From Deltaproteobacteria bacterium (GTDB taxonomy: Bacteria > Desulfobacterota > Dissulfuribacteria > Dissulfuribacterales > UBA5754): a stretch of 64,000 nucleotides of DNA. The notes beneath the pieces are model-generated. The model was given only the letters and a program-made list of their open reading frames with translations. It was not told the DNA's origin and did no database searches. Below are positions 45,972 to 55,941 of this stretch, piece by piece. Location of the stretch: the NCBI GenBank assembly GCA_036574075.1, contig JAINCN010000030.1:18029-82028 (forward strand), given 5' to 3'. Position numbers and translations under genes: made by a program. Each line of letters begins with the position of its first letter. Position 1 is the first letter of the stretch.

Positions 45972-48903
45972 GGAACGAGAGGGCGAATCTCCGGCCTTCT
46001 GTCACGTGCCCGATGCGGGCAAAGGCAGTGCCGGACATGGCCTCCTCAAAGGCGCGCTCGTTTTCCGGCCCTACCGTGACGACAAAGCGGGACTGGCTCT
46101 CGCTGAAAAGGAGGTGGTCGAGGCGATCCACACCCTCGGCCGGCACAAGCCCCAGGTCGATCTCCATGCCAAGGCCTCCGCTGAAGGCCGTTTCAGCGAG
46201 CGCCACAGCAAGGCCTCCGTCCGAACAATCGTGGCAGGAGGCCACAAGGCCATGGCGGATTGCCCTTGAAAGGGCGAGATACCTGGCCTTTGCCTCGGGG
46301 ATCCTGACCCTTGGGACCGTATTTCCCACAAAACCGTGTCGTGCATAATACTCCGACCCGCCGAGCTCGGGGTAGGTGACGCCGAGCACATAGATGCCGT
46401 CTCCCGGCCTCTTGGCATCCATGGTGACTGCGCGGCGGACGTCGTCCATCTTGCTGATCACGGAAAAAAGAAGGGTCGGGGGGATGGAGATCTTGACCCC
46501 TTCGATGATGGCGTCGTTTTTCATACTGTCCTTTCCGGAGATGCACGGGACTCCGTAGGCCCGGCAGATCTCGGAAAGGGCGAGGTTTGCACGCACGAGC
46601 TGGGCGAGTTTATAGCGGCCGTCCGGCGTCTTTTCCGACTGGACTGGATCGCACCAGCAGAAATTGTCGAGCCCGGCCATGAGATCGAGCCCGCCTCCCA
46701 CACATACGGCGTTTCTGACCGCCTCATCCACTGCGCATGCGACCATGTGATAGGTGTCGATTGCGCTGTATTTCGGGCAGATCCCGTGGGCGATCACAAG
46801 ACCTTCAAAAGAAGCGAGATCAGGACGGATCACCGCGGCATCAGACGGGCCGTCATCAAGGATGCCGACTAAGGGCTTCACTACGCTCCCACCCTGCACC
46901 TCGTGGTCATATTGCCGGACCACGTATTCCTTGCTGCAGACGTTGTAGCGGGAGAGGATTGCCATGATCTCGCCGGTCAGGTCCTCAGGGCAGGAGAAAA
47001 CGGGTTCCGAATGGACAGGAGGGGACCAGACCGCCTCGAGCTCCATTCTCGGAACCCCATCATGGACGAATCCGAGGTCGAGGCAGGCGACGGTCCTGCC
47101 CTTGTAGAGACAGTGAAAGAGACCGGAATCCGTGAATGTGCCGAGGACCGTGGCCTCCACGTCCATCTTTTCTGCAAGGGCCAGAAATGCTTGGAGCTTC
47201 TCTGGAGGAACGGCCACGGTCATACGTTCCTGGGCCTCTGAGAGGAGGATCTCCCATGGATCGAGACCCTGGTACTTGAGGGGCGCCTTGTCCAGGTGGA
47301 GTTCGAAGCCGCCCGTGTCCCGGGCCATCTCCCCTACGGAGGATGAGAGGCCACCGGCCCCGTTGTCGGTTATGGATGTGTAAAGGCAGAGATCCCGGGC
47401 GCGGAGGAGAAAATCCGTCATCTTTTTCTGCGTGATGGGATCGCCGATCTGGACGGCCGTTGCCGGAGAGCCCTCATGGAGCTCCTCGGATGAAAAGGTC
47501 GCCCCGTGGATCCCGTCCTTTCCGATTCGCCCTCCGCACATGACAATAGCGTCACCGACATTCGCGCGTTTCTTGTGGCCTGGCCTGCCGCAGACCTCAA
47601 GGGGGAGGACGCCGCCTGTTCCGCAGAAGACCAGGGGTTTGCCGAGATAGCGTTCGTCAAAGACAATGGACCCGTTCACCGTGGGGATCCCGCTCTTGTT
47701 GCCCCCGTGTTCCACGCCCTCCCGCACGCCCTCGAAGATCCGTTTCGGATGGAGAAGCCCCTTGGGTATGGGCCCTGGATAATCGGGCGGGGCAAAGCAG
47801 AAGACATCCGTATTGAAGATGAGACGTGCCCCCATGCCGGTCCCGAACGGATCCCGGTTCACACCGACGATCCCGGTGAGCGCCCCGCCGTAAGGATCGA
47901 GGGCAGACGGGCTGTTGTGGGTCTCCACCTTGAAGGCAATGCCCCAGCGGTCATTGAAACGTATGACACCCGCATTGTCATTGAAGACGGAAAGGCACCA
48001 GTCCCGGTCTCCGAGGGAGGATCTGATGTCCTTGGTCGCGGCCTTGATACAGGTCTCAAAGAGGCTGTCGATAATCCGCTCTTCGTTCCCCTCTGTGTAG
48101 CGGATGAGGGCGTTGAATATCTTGTGCTTGCAGTGCTCGGACCAGGTCTGGGCAAGGGCCTCGAGCTCCACGTCGGTGATCCGGTGAGAAAGCCCCCGCC
48201 TCTGCCTCTCTGCCAGGACCTCAGGGCGTTCGAAATAGGCCCGGATGGCAGCCATCTCCGGAAGGGAAAGGGCAAGGAGCCGATTCCGGGAAAGGCGGAT
48301 GAGATCCTCGTCCGAGAGTGCTGAAAGGTCAAACTCCTCTACTCTGGGCTCCTTTTCGCCCAGGACCCTGGGGACTGCGAAAAACAGGCCTCCCCCCCTC
48401 CTCTCCCATGCCTCATCAAAGAGGTCGCGGCGAAGGACGATGGTCCGCTCGATGAGTTCGTTGGCAAGGAGACCATCTGCAAGCTTGCGGATCTCCGTCT
48501 CCGCAAGATCGCCCTCGACGAGATATTGCACTGCCGTATAGACCCCTTCTGTGGACGAGACACGACGCCCGAGGAGGAGCTCGATGGCCTCGGTTGCAAT
48601 CCTGCCCTCATTGTCGGTGACTCCGGGCCTGTAGCCGACCTCTACGACCCATGTCCAGGGAAAATCGTGGATCCGTGACACAGGACTGTCAACGGATACG
48701 ACATGAATGACAGGGTCAGAGAGGGGACCATGGGCCACATCCTTGAGCCTGTCCTGGGGAAGGGCGATGTCCAGGAGATAGACCTTGACGGTCCTTACCC
48801 CAATGACAGGAAGGCCGAGGTCATGGACGGCCTTTCTGGCGATCTTTTCCCCGCGGGAGTCCCGCAGATGGGGTTTGAACATGACTTCTATGCGATGGGG
48901 CAT
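45898..48903 (-). CDS. purL: phosphoribosylformylglycinamidine synthase PurL with N-terminal PurS-like repeats
   Basis: 1001 aa; N-terminal MPHRIEVMFKPHLRDSRGEKI... and VVEVGYRPGVTDNEGRIA PurS-like units, then AIR-synthase-type domains (ETHNSPSALDPYGGALTGIVGVNRD, GIPTVNG, GKDSMKND). Confidence 0.93.
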   Translation of the reverse strand: MPHRIEVMFKPHLRDSRGEKIARKAVHDLGLPVIGVRTVKVYLLDIALPQDRLKDVAHGPLSDPVIHVVSVDSPVSRIHDFPWTWVVEVGYRPGVTDNEGRIATEAIELLLGRRVSSTEGVYTAVQYLVEGDLAETEIRKLADGLLANELIERTIVLRRDLFDEAWERRGGGLFFAVPRVLGEKEPRVEEFDLSALSDEDLIRLSRNRLLALSLPEMAAIRAYFERPEVLAERQRRGLSHRITDVELEALAQTWSEHCKHKIFNALIRYTEGNEERIIDSLFETCIKAATKDIRSSLGDRDWCLSVFNDNAGVIRFNDRWGIAFKVETHNSPSALDPYGGALTGIVGVNRDPFGTGMGARLIFNTDVFCFAPPDYPGPIPKGLLHPKRIFEGVREGVEHGGNKSGIPTVNGSIVFDERYLGKPLVFCGTGGVLPLEVCGRPGHKKRANVGDAIVMCGGRIGKDGIHGATFSSEELHEGSPATAVQIGDPITQKKMTDFLLRARDLCLYTSITDNGAGGLSSSVGEMARDTGGFELHLDKAPLKYQGLDPWEILLSEAQERMTVAVPPEKLQAFLALAEKMDVEATVLGTFTDSGLFHCLYKGRTVACLDLGFVHDGVPRMELEAVWSPPVHSEPVFSCPEDLTGEIMAILSRYNVCSKEYVVRQYDHEVQGGSVVKPLVGILDDGPSDAAVIRPDLASFEGLVIAHGICPKYSAIDTYHMVACAVDEAVRNAVCVGGGLDLMAGLDNFCWCDPVQSEKTPDGRYKLAQLVRANLALSEICRAYGVPCISGKDSMKNDAIIEGVKISIPPTLLFSVISKMDDVRRAVTMDAKRPGDGIYVLGVTYPELGGSEYYARHGFVGNTVPRVRIPEAKARYLALSRAIRHGLVASCHDCSDGGLAVALAETAFSGGLGMEIDLGLVPAEGVDRLDHLLFSESQSRFVVTVGPENERAFEEAMSGTAFARIGHVTEGRRFALSFHGDHPFVSVDIQDLKDAWKRPLDW

Positions 48904-49180
48904 GTATCCTCCAAAACGGGGAGAGACAAGGATTTCAGCGGACCCGAACTCAGTATTTGTAGCGTAACCGCCCTACACTGTCCATAGAGTCGATACCTGA
49001 ATCCGTGAAATACGGACTTAACTTGGCAATTTCTCAAAATAAGCCAATCTATCTGCCGGCAGGCAGCTCGGACAAAAATCCTCATTTTTCAAGGCACCCA
49101 TTGACGTAGATCAAGGTCAGCGAGGGCATGTAATGTCATTCCTGATTTCAAATGACAGTTTATCAACTGGAGGTTTTGCA

Positions 49181-49912
49181 ATGGGAAAAGTCATGCGAAA
49201 GATCATTGAAATAGACGAGGAACTTTGCAACGGATGCGGAAAGTGTGTGCCCAGCTGCGCCGAGGGCGCCATCCAGATCTTGAACGGCAAGGCCCGTATC
49301 GTATCCGAGCGGTTCTGCGACGGCCTCGGGGCCTGCATCGGGGACTGCCCTACCGGCGCGCTCAGTATCGTAGAGCGGGAGGCCGAGGAGTTCGACGAGG
49401 CCGAAGCCCATGCCCATGTCTCACGGATAAAGGCCATGGGGCAGACGATTCCTTGCGGTTGCCCCTCCAACCAGGTCCAGACATTTACGCCGGGGGTGAC
49501 GCAAACTCACGAAAAGGTGCGTCCCATGACAAAGGTCTCTATGCCATCGGCCCTCTCCCACTGGCCGGTCCAGATCCGGCTCGTTCCCCCGACCGCACCC
49601 TTTCTGAAAGGCTCGAGCCTTCTTATTGCGGCAGACTGCGTCCCTGTCGCGCACCCGTCGTTTCACAGAGACCTCTTGCATGGCAGAACGGTCCTCCTCG
49701 GCTGTCCCAAGTTCGACGACAGAGACTATTACGTGGAGAGATTGGCAGAGGTCTTCCTGAACGCCGAGGTCAGGGATGTCACCCTCGCGGTCATGGAGGT
49801 TCCGTGCTGTTCAGCCATGGAGGTCATCATACAAAAGGCCATGAAACAGGCGGGACGAGAGATTCCCGTCCGAAAGATCGTAGTCGGGATCAGGGGGGAT
49901 ATCCTCTCCTGA
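49181..49912 (+). CDS. 4Fe-4S dicluster domain-containing protein
   Basis: CNGCGKCVPSCAEGA and CDGLGACIGDCPTGA motifs; C-terminal WPVQIRLVPP...AADCVPVAH...GCPKFDD...MEVPCC region; ATG 49181 with ggagg upstream. Confidence 0.75.
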   Translation: MGKVMRKIIEIDEELCNGCGKCVPSCAEGAIQILNGKARIVSERFCDGLGACIGDCPTGALSIVEREAEEFDEAEAHAHVSRIKAMGQTIPCGCPSNQVQTFTPGVTQTHEKVRPMTKVSMPSALSHWPVQIRLVPPTAPFLKGSSLLIAADCVPVAHPSFHRDLLHGRTVLLGCPKFDDRDYYVERLAEVFLNAEVRDVTLAVMEVPCCSAMEVIIQKAMKQAGREIPVRKIVVGIRGDILS

Positions 49913-49924
49913 ACCCTGCATGAC

Positions 49925-52195
49925 CTACCAGACCCCGCGAAGCCCCAACTCCTTGCGCACCTTGTCCACCCGCCGCTCGAGATCCACCCTCCATTCGGCG
50001 TGGATCCGGGCGGCCGAGGGAGGGATGAGCTCCGGAAGGCCGTAAACGATACGATCCTCGGCCTGGCTCGTTTCGATGACCGCCTCAAGGGACCGTGCCC
50101 CGAACTTGTAGCGCGCAAGGAGAAGCCGGAGCAAAAGGCCTGAGGTCTTCCGCGCGGCCTTCTTCCAGTGGGTGTTCATCTGGTGGGCGATGACAAAGGC
50201 CCGTTTTATGAGAATCCGGTGCAGTTCGTCCAGCTCTTCGGGGCTGGCCGAATCGCTGAGAAGGCGGTCCGGAATCTCTATCCCCTCGATGTCCATGACT
50301 ACACGGAGCCTGCTCATGAAGTCCGGGATCTTGAGTGCTTTGACCGTATTCCAAGCGGACTTATCCTGCCGGGCAAGAAGCCCCAGCATGTCGTTCCAAG
50401 ACTCCTTGACCCCGCCTGCGAAAACAAAGATGGAGCGCCCGATGTAGCGAGGTGTGCCGTGGACGTATGTAACCCCGTCCTGCATGGAGGGTAGGAAATA
50501 ACGGAGATATCCGAACTCGTCGCCGTTGTAACGGCAGTCGAACTCGTCCCAGAAGGCGATGGGGATCTTCCCCTTTGCCACCGACGCCCTCACGAGATCG
50601 ATTGCCGAGTTGATCTCCTCAGGACCGGAAAACTGGGTGAGGTTGAACTGGAACAACTCAAAGGGATTTACCGTAAACCTTCGCGCCACGATTCGGGACA
50701 CCTCTTCCACAGCGAAGGATTTGCCGGATCCTGGAGGGCCGAAGACGCCGATGCAAAGTGGGCGCTTCACGAATTCCTTTGTGACGTAGCTTTCCATCAC
50801 CCCTTGGAGAGAGATGACGGGCTCGATCTCCGCGGGATCGACCGTGACAAAGGCACCCATCCTGAAGAGGCGCAGGTCGTCGAAACCGCCCCTGCGGTTG
50901 ACCTCCTCTTTCAGGCGGTGGAGAACAGAGAGGATCACCCGGAAGTATTCGGGGCGGAGCGCGCAGGCCTGTCCCAGGCCGAGCGTCCTCTCTTCAATAC
51001 CCCGGGTCGGACGCAGGAAAGACCTGAGGGCGGCCTTCCTCTCCATGCTCCATTCCTGGGATGAGACGAGTTCGAGGGTACGGTCGAAATCGGGACCTGG
51101 CTGCGGAAGATCGAAAAAATACACATCATCTCCGCGATCGAGGAAACTGGCCGGGGCCCCATTGGGATAGGTGGAGACGAAATCCAGGTTTGGGAACTCG
51201 AGCCCGTCTGTAAAATAATACCCATGGACAAAGATCTGGACCCAGTGCCGAAGGACCCGTTTGGAATAGTCGTAAAAAAAATTCCGCTGGGCAGGCACTT
51301 CTCCAAGTCTAAGACAGTCTACGACGAGCATGGCTGGGGCCAAGGTGTCATAGCAGGGAACGGACCCGGTCCGCCGGTTCGAGCCCCTGTCGGGTCGACT
51401 CCCCCTACCCTCCCTGTGCCTGAAATAGATGCCACAGGGCCCAGCATACAGAATCCCCCCTGGATACATCTGAACGATGACATGACACCGAAAGCGAGCC
51501 TGGTTGGCGTCCCAGAGGCCCACCTCCGGGCTCTTGAGCGCCCTCAGGATCATGGCGCAGACCGACTCCCAGAGGATGGCCGCATCCATCTCCATGCGGG
51601 ACGTATCGAGATCGGAACGGCGGCAAAAAAGGACGAACGATTCCCCGAACTCTCCGGCCCATTCCTCCCAACGTGCAGCAGATATCCCCATGGCCACGAC
51701 CCACGCCTCCGGGTTCAGCTCCTTCATCTGGCACGCGATTGCGGGCGGGGCACCTCCATCGTCTATTACGATGATCCCGGCGTTTCCACAAAGATGCTCC
51801 CTGGGATATTGCGCCAGGTCAAATTCCTCTGCCTCCACATGGCGTCCACCCGGCGGCAGGATCTGATGGACCATGAACCATCCATGCCCGCTCGATCCAT
51901 CGAGAAACCTCAACTGCTTGAAGATCTGGAAGATCTTTCTTTCCCTGCCATACGCTAAGGTTCGAATCTGGGGGGTGAGGCCGGCTGTCGTCAGAAAGGA
52001 CGAAAGCCACGTGAGAAACTGTTCCGAACGCCCCTCCTCCACAGTGACGTTTCCTGCGAGAAGCTCAATGAAATCACCAGGATCGTAGCCGTAGTCAGGA
52101 AGGCTCCCCTGGGCGAGCATCCGGACCTCCTGTACTGGCAGGTTTGTTATGGTCGCTCGGGAACCTAGGACAAGGATCTTTTTCTCAAGAGACAT
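49925..52195 (-). CDS. AAA+ ATPase with large uncharacterised N-terminal region
   Basis: 756 aa; Walker A GVFGPPGSGKSF, Walker B IAFWDEFD, FVFAGG sensor-like motif in the C-terminal third. I could not assign the first ~450 aa to any family. Confidence 0.7.
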   Translation of the reverse strand: MSLEKKILVLGSRATITNLPVQEVRMLAQGSLPDYGYDPGDFIELLAGNVTVEEGRSEQFLTWLSSFLTTAGLTPQIRTLAYGRERKIFQIFKQLRFLDGSSGHGWFMVHQILPPGGRHVEAEEFDLAQYPREHLCGNAGIIVIDDGGAPPAIACQMKELNPEAWVVAMGISAARWEEWAGEFGESFVLFCRRSDLDTSRMEMDAAILWESVCAMILRALKSPEVGLWDANQARFRCHVIVQMYPGGILYAGPCGIYFRHREGRGSRPDRGSNRRTGSVPCYDTLAPAMLVVDCLRLGEVPAQRNFFYDYSKRVLRHWVQIFVHGYYFTDGLEFPNLDFVSTYPNGAPASFLDRGDDVYFFDLPQPGPDFDRTLELVSSQEWSMERKAALRSFLRPTRGIEERTLGLGQACALRPEYFRVILSVLHRLKEEVNRRGGFDDLRLFRMGAFVTVDPAEIEPVISLQGVMESYVTKEFVKRPLCIGVFGPPGSGKSFAVEEVSRIVARRFTVNPFELFQFNLTQFSGPEEINSAIDLVRASVAKGKIPIAFWDEFDCRYNGDEFGYLRYFLPSMQDGVTYVHGTPRYIGRSIFVFAGGVKESWNDMLGLLARQDKSAWNTVKALKIPDFMSRLRVVMDIEGIEIPDRLLSDSASPEELDELHRILIKRAFVIAHQMNTHWKKAARKTSGLLLRLLLARYKFGARSLEAVIETSQAEDRIVYGLPELIPPSAARIHAEWRVDLERRVDKVRKELGLRGVW

Positions 52196-52244
52196 GGCCG
52201 TACCCTCCTCTTAACACAGACTCTACCGTCGTCATCTCACCTCG

Positions 52245-53303
52245 TCATCCTCCTTTCTCCTTCGAGGGAACATGACGATCCCTGGGGCCAGAAACCCCAT
52301 CACGACTGGTCATCTTGATAAGTCTGCTTACGGGGACGATGTCGATTTCTGACCGCATCGAAGGGAGTTCGGCGGAGAGGACCTCGTAAGTACTCTTGTA
52401 GGGATGGCCGATGGCAATGGCGAAGCCATGGTGACGCGCAACGTCAGCAGCGGCCCGCAGGGCCTTCGAGACGGCCTCGGGCCTCGGATCGTCGTCCAGA
52501 AAGACGGACCGTTCGAGCGCGGGGACCGCAAGGGAATCCGCCACCTCCATGGCCACGGAGTCGGCTGTAGTCCTGCTGTCCACGAAAAAGAGCCCCTTTC
52601 TCTTCACCTCGGCAAGGACAAACTCCATCCCCTTCCTGTCCGCCGTAAACCGTGACCCCATGTGGTTGTTGACGCCCACCGCAAAGGGGACGGCGGCAAG
52701 GTCCCGATCGAGCACCTGCACGATCATGTCCGGATCCATCCCCGTCAGGAGGACACCTGGACCGGGATCCACTGCGGGATCCCTGGGTTCCATGGGCAGA
52801 TGGACAAGTACGTCCCGTCCCTTGTCATGGGCATCTTTTGCGAATCGCTTCGTATGCCTCGCATAGGGAAGAAAGGCAAAGGACAGGGGGCACTCAAGAT
52901 CGAGCAAGGCCCGGTTTATGGTGTGATCGTGGCCCATGTCGTCGATGATGATCGCCAATGCGGGCCGATGCCCGGCAACAGGACTGGGATACTCGTCTGC
53001 AGGACGACCATGGCTGGAAGGGATCGGAGGAGAGACCTTCTCCTTTGGCGCTCCAGGCAGGGCCTGAGTAGGAGATTCGGGCGGAGCCGTGGGCCGGGCT
53101 TCCTCGAAAGGAGGAGGGACGTACCTTACCACACGGGTAGGCTCAGGCTTTGGAAGCAGAAAAAGAAGAGCGAGGATCGCCCCGATGAGTCCGAAAAAAA
53201 TGAGACCACCGACGAGGCCAGGAAATCTCCTACCAGTCGAAGTCCCTTTCCCCTTCCCCTTTCCCGATGCCTTCAATCCTCCGTTTCTGGCCTTTCTGGC
53301 CAT
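52245..53303 (-). CDS. divergent polysaccharide deacetylase family protein (YibQ-like)
   Basis: 352 aa; TM anchor, LAIIIDDMGH, FLPY, NNHMGSRFT motifs. Confidence 0.8.
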   Translation of the reverse strand: MARKARNGGLKASGKGKGKGTSTGRRFPGLVGGLIFFGLIGAILALLFLLPKPEPTRVVRYVPPPFEEARPTAPPESPTQALPGAPKEKVSPPIPSSHGRPADEYPSPVAGHRPALAIIIDDMGHDHTINRALLDLECPLSFAFLPYARHTKRFAKDAHDKGRDVLVHLPMEPRDPAVDPGPGVLLTGMDPDMIVQVLDRDLAAVPFAVGVNNHMGSRFTADRKGMEFVLAEVKRKGLFFVDSRTTADSVAMEVADSLAVPALERSVFLDDDPRPEAVSKALRAAADVARHHGFAIAIGHPYKSTYEVLSAELPSMRSEIDIVPVSRLIKMTSRDGVSGPRDRHVPSKEKGG

Positions 53304-53307
53304 CTCA

Positions 53308-54663
53308 TCAGTGGGCCGACGATATCATATTGGACGGACCGTACTGGGAAAAGGCGGACAGGAGCCTCCATGCCTTGAGGATCCTGAGCGCCTCCTCGAC
53401 CTGATTGTCGATGGGGGCATCTTCGGCAGTCAGGTCTTCCTTTTCGTCCTTCGAATCCTTTTTCTGGGAAACGTCAGGGGCGAGATGGCCCTTGAGGTCC
53501 TTCTCCGTAATGAAATGGGATCTGTCTGCCTGGCCATTTTCCAGTTTCTCCCTGGGATCGAAGGGGACCACGATGTCAGGCTGGATACCCGTGGCCTGGA
53601 TGGACCTCCCGCTCGGGGTGTAATATCGGGCGGTGGTCAACCTGACGGCGGAACCGTCCTCAAGGGGGATGATGGTCTGAACGGATCCCTTTCCGAAGGT
53701 CTGGGTCCCGAGGATGATGGCCCTCTTCTGGTCCTGAAGGGCGCCGGCCACGATCTCAGCTGCGCTCGCGCTCCCCTCGTTCACAAGGACCACGATAGGA
53801 TAATCCCGGGGATGATCGTTCGGGTGTGCCTCGAAACGGATCTTCTGTTCCTTGATCCGTCCGTCCGTATAGACAATAAGGCCGGATTCGAGAAACTCGT
53901 CGGAGACCTGGACGGCCTGGTCGAGGAGACCGCCAGGGTTGTTCCTCAGGTCGAGGACGAGACCCTTGAGGCCGCTGTTTTTCGCCTCCAGTTCATCGAG
54001 GGCCTTGCGCAGGTCCGCCGTGGTCTTGTCCTGGAAGTTCGTGATGCGCACATACCCGTACTCGGAATTGAGCGGACGGGAGCGGACGCTCATAAGGGGG
54101 ATCACATCCCTGGTGAGGGTGAAGTCCTTTAACTCTGTCCACCCCTCGCGCATGATGGTAACGGTGACATCGGTCCCCTTTTTCCCCCGGAGGAGCTTGA
54201 CGGCCTCGATGAGGGTCATGTCTTTGGTGAGCTTGCCATCTATCTTGATGATCTTGTCCTTGGCCTTGAGACCCGCCTTGTCTGCCGGGGTCCCCTCAAT
54301 GGGGGAGACGACGGTCAGCGCCCCGTCCTTCAAGGTGATCTCGATCCCGATTCCGCTGAAGACGCCCTTGGTCTCCACCTGGAGTTCCTTGAACTCATCT
54401 GGTGTGAGAAACGAAGAATGGGGATCGAGGGAGCTCAACATCCCCTGGATGGCGCCCTGGATCATGTCTTTCGATTTCGTCTCATCCACGTAGTTCCGCT
54501 CAACCAGGTCCAGGATCTCCGCAAAGGTCTTGAGCTGTTCGTATGTTTCGCTCTCCCGGGCCGAGGCCAGGCGTTGGGTCTGATAGATGCCTGTAACGAT
54601 AACGAAAACCGTGACGATTCCGATCACTATCCAGGGACTGCGTGACCTTAGGGACATGACCAT
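53308..54663 (-). CDS. ctpA: S41 family carboxyl-terminal processing peptidase
   Basis: 451 aa; PDZ region (GIGIEITLKDGALTVVSPIEGTPADKAGL), catalytic SASAAEIVAGAL and GTQTFGKGSVQT. Confidence 0.9.
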   Translation of the reverse strand: MVMSLRSRSPWIVIGIVTVFVIVTGIYQTQRLASARESETYEQLKTFAEILDLVERNYVDETKSKDMIQGAIQGMLSSLDPHSSFLTPDEFKELQVETKGVFSGIGIEITLKDGALTVVSPIEGTPADKAGLKAKDKIIKIDGKLTKDMTLIEAVKLLRGKKGTDVTVTIMREGWTELKDFTLTRDVIPLMSVRSRPLNSEYGYVRITNFQDKTTADLRKALDELEAKNSGLKGLVLDLRNNPGGLLDQAVQVSDEFLESGLIVYTDGRIKEQKIRFEAHPNDHPRDYPIVVLVNEGSASAAEIVAGALQDQKRAIILGTQTFGKGSVQTIIPLEDGSAVRLTTARYYTPSGRSIQATGIQPDIVVPFDPREKLENGQADRSHFITEKDLKGHLAPDVSQKKDSKDEKEDLTAEDAPIDNQVEEALRILKAWRLLSAFSQYGPSNMISSAH

Positions 54664-54732
54664 ACAAGTTCTCCTACTACGATTAAATCAGGATAAAACA
54701 TCCATTGATCAACGGCAATCGTATGGTGCGAT

Positions 54733-55941
54733 TCACGTGTCCTTCTCTTTCTCAACGAAAGGCTCCATACCCCGAAGATCAAGCCATTTTCGAGGGTCTT
54801 CCTCCCTCCCCTCCTGGCGTATTTCGAGGTAGATCCCTTCCGGTACCCAGGCCCCTCCCCCGGAAAGGCCGATCACATCCCCCTCGACGACCTGCTGGCC
54901 GACCTTCACAAACGATTTCATGACCTGCGCGGTGAGGCTGTAGTAGAGATCCCCGTGGTCAATAATGACGCAGTTTCCGTATCCCTCGAGGGCCCCTTGA
55001 TACACGACGATCCCGTCAAAGACGGCCCTGACCTCCGACCCCATAGGCGCCCGGATCGCAATCCCCGAGGACTTCTTGTGAAAGGGGGTCCTGCCCTTGG
55101 GAAGGATCTCCCCGCGAGGAAGTGGAGGCGTAAGCCTCCCCTTCTGGTCCCGGAAACGGTCCACTCCGACAAATGATGCCGAAAGCCCGCGTGATGCCTG
55201 GTCCACGGACCGGAGGTCGTCAACGACCTCCTGAAGGGACCTCTTGGCCCCCTGAAGTTCCAGGACCGTCCTTTGAAGGCGTTTCTCTTTGGCAAGCAGG
55301 CCCTCGTAAAAGGTCTTTCGCACCATTTTCCTTTTTTCGAGGGCAAGTGTCTCGGCCTCGAGCCTTCTGGTCGTCTCCTCCAAGGCATTCCTTTCCTTCA
55401 CCAGTTCGGCCTGACGGGCAGAGACCTCCGAGATGTCCCTGACATAGCCGTTGCGGAGTTCCTTGTCCCGAGCCAGGATGAGCCGGAGATATTCCTCTCG
55501 TGCAAGGAGCTCGGGGAAACTTTCAGCTGAAAAGAGGATGTTCAGGGTCCCGAGGGGCCCCATACGGTAAAAGGCCCGAAGACGGGTCTCCACAAGGCGC
55601 TTCCGTTTCTCGAGCTCTGCCTTGGAGACCTGCATCTCGTTTTGCATCTGTTCGATCCGGAGTTCCCGGTTGGTCAACTCCCGTCGAAGAGAGTCAACAA
55701 GGCCCCATTGTTCCATGATACGCGCATCCAGGCCGGAAAGTTCGGCAAGGACGGATTTCTTCTCCTTGGCGACCTCCCTTTCCTTCTTTCTCTCCGCCTC
55801 GAGCCTCTGTTCGATGGTCTTGAGCCGCTCCTGCCGGACCTCCAGGTCCCGCTGCACCGCCTGTTCCTCTGCGTTCACGATGGAAGGGACAAGGAGTGCG
55901 CAGATCCAAAAAACACGGAAGGACAGAAGACGCAGGTTCAC
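54733..55941 (-). CDS. murein hydrolase activator EnvC-like (coiled coil + M23 peptidase domain)
   Basis: GTG 55941 overlaps the ftsX stop (GTGA). Signal peptide, long Glu/Arg/Leu coiled coil, C-terminal M23-type GYGNCVIIDHGDLYYSLTAQ...GIYLEIRQEG. Confidence 0.8.
   Translation of the reverse strand: MNLRLLSFRVFWICALLVPSIVNAEEQAVQRDLEVRQERLKTIEQRLEAERKKEREVAKEKKSVLAELSGLDARIMEQWGLVDSLRRELTNRELRIEQMQNEMQVSKAELEKRKRLVETRLRAFYRMGPLGTLNILFSAESFPELLAREEYLRLILARDKELRNGYVRDISEVSARQAELVKERNALEETTRRLEAETLALEKRKMVRKTFYEGLLAKEKRLQRTVLELQGAKRSLQEVVDDLRSVDQASRGLSASFVGVDRFRDQKGRLTPPLPRGEILPKGRTPFHKKSSGIAIRAPMGSEVRAVFDGIVVYQGALEGYGNCVIIDHGDLYYSLTAQVMKSFVKVGQQVVEGDVIGLSGGGAWVPEGIYLEIRQEGREEDPRKWLDLRGMEPFVEKEKDT

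Noticed and set aside
51360-51400. tRNA T-arm-like string ccggttcgagcccctgtcgggtcg
   Set aside because: It lies in the middle of the uninterrupted 756-codon AAA+ ATPase ORF, and I could not build an acceptor/anticodon cloverleaf around it. No tRNA genes were found in the window.
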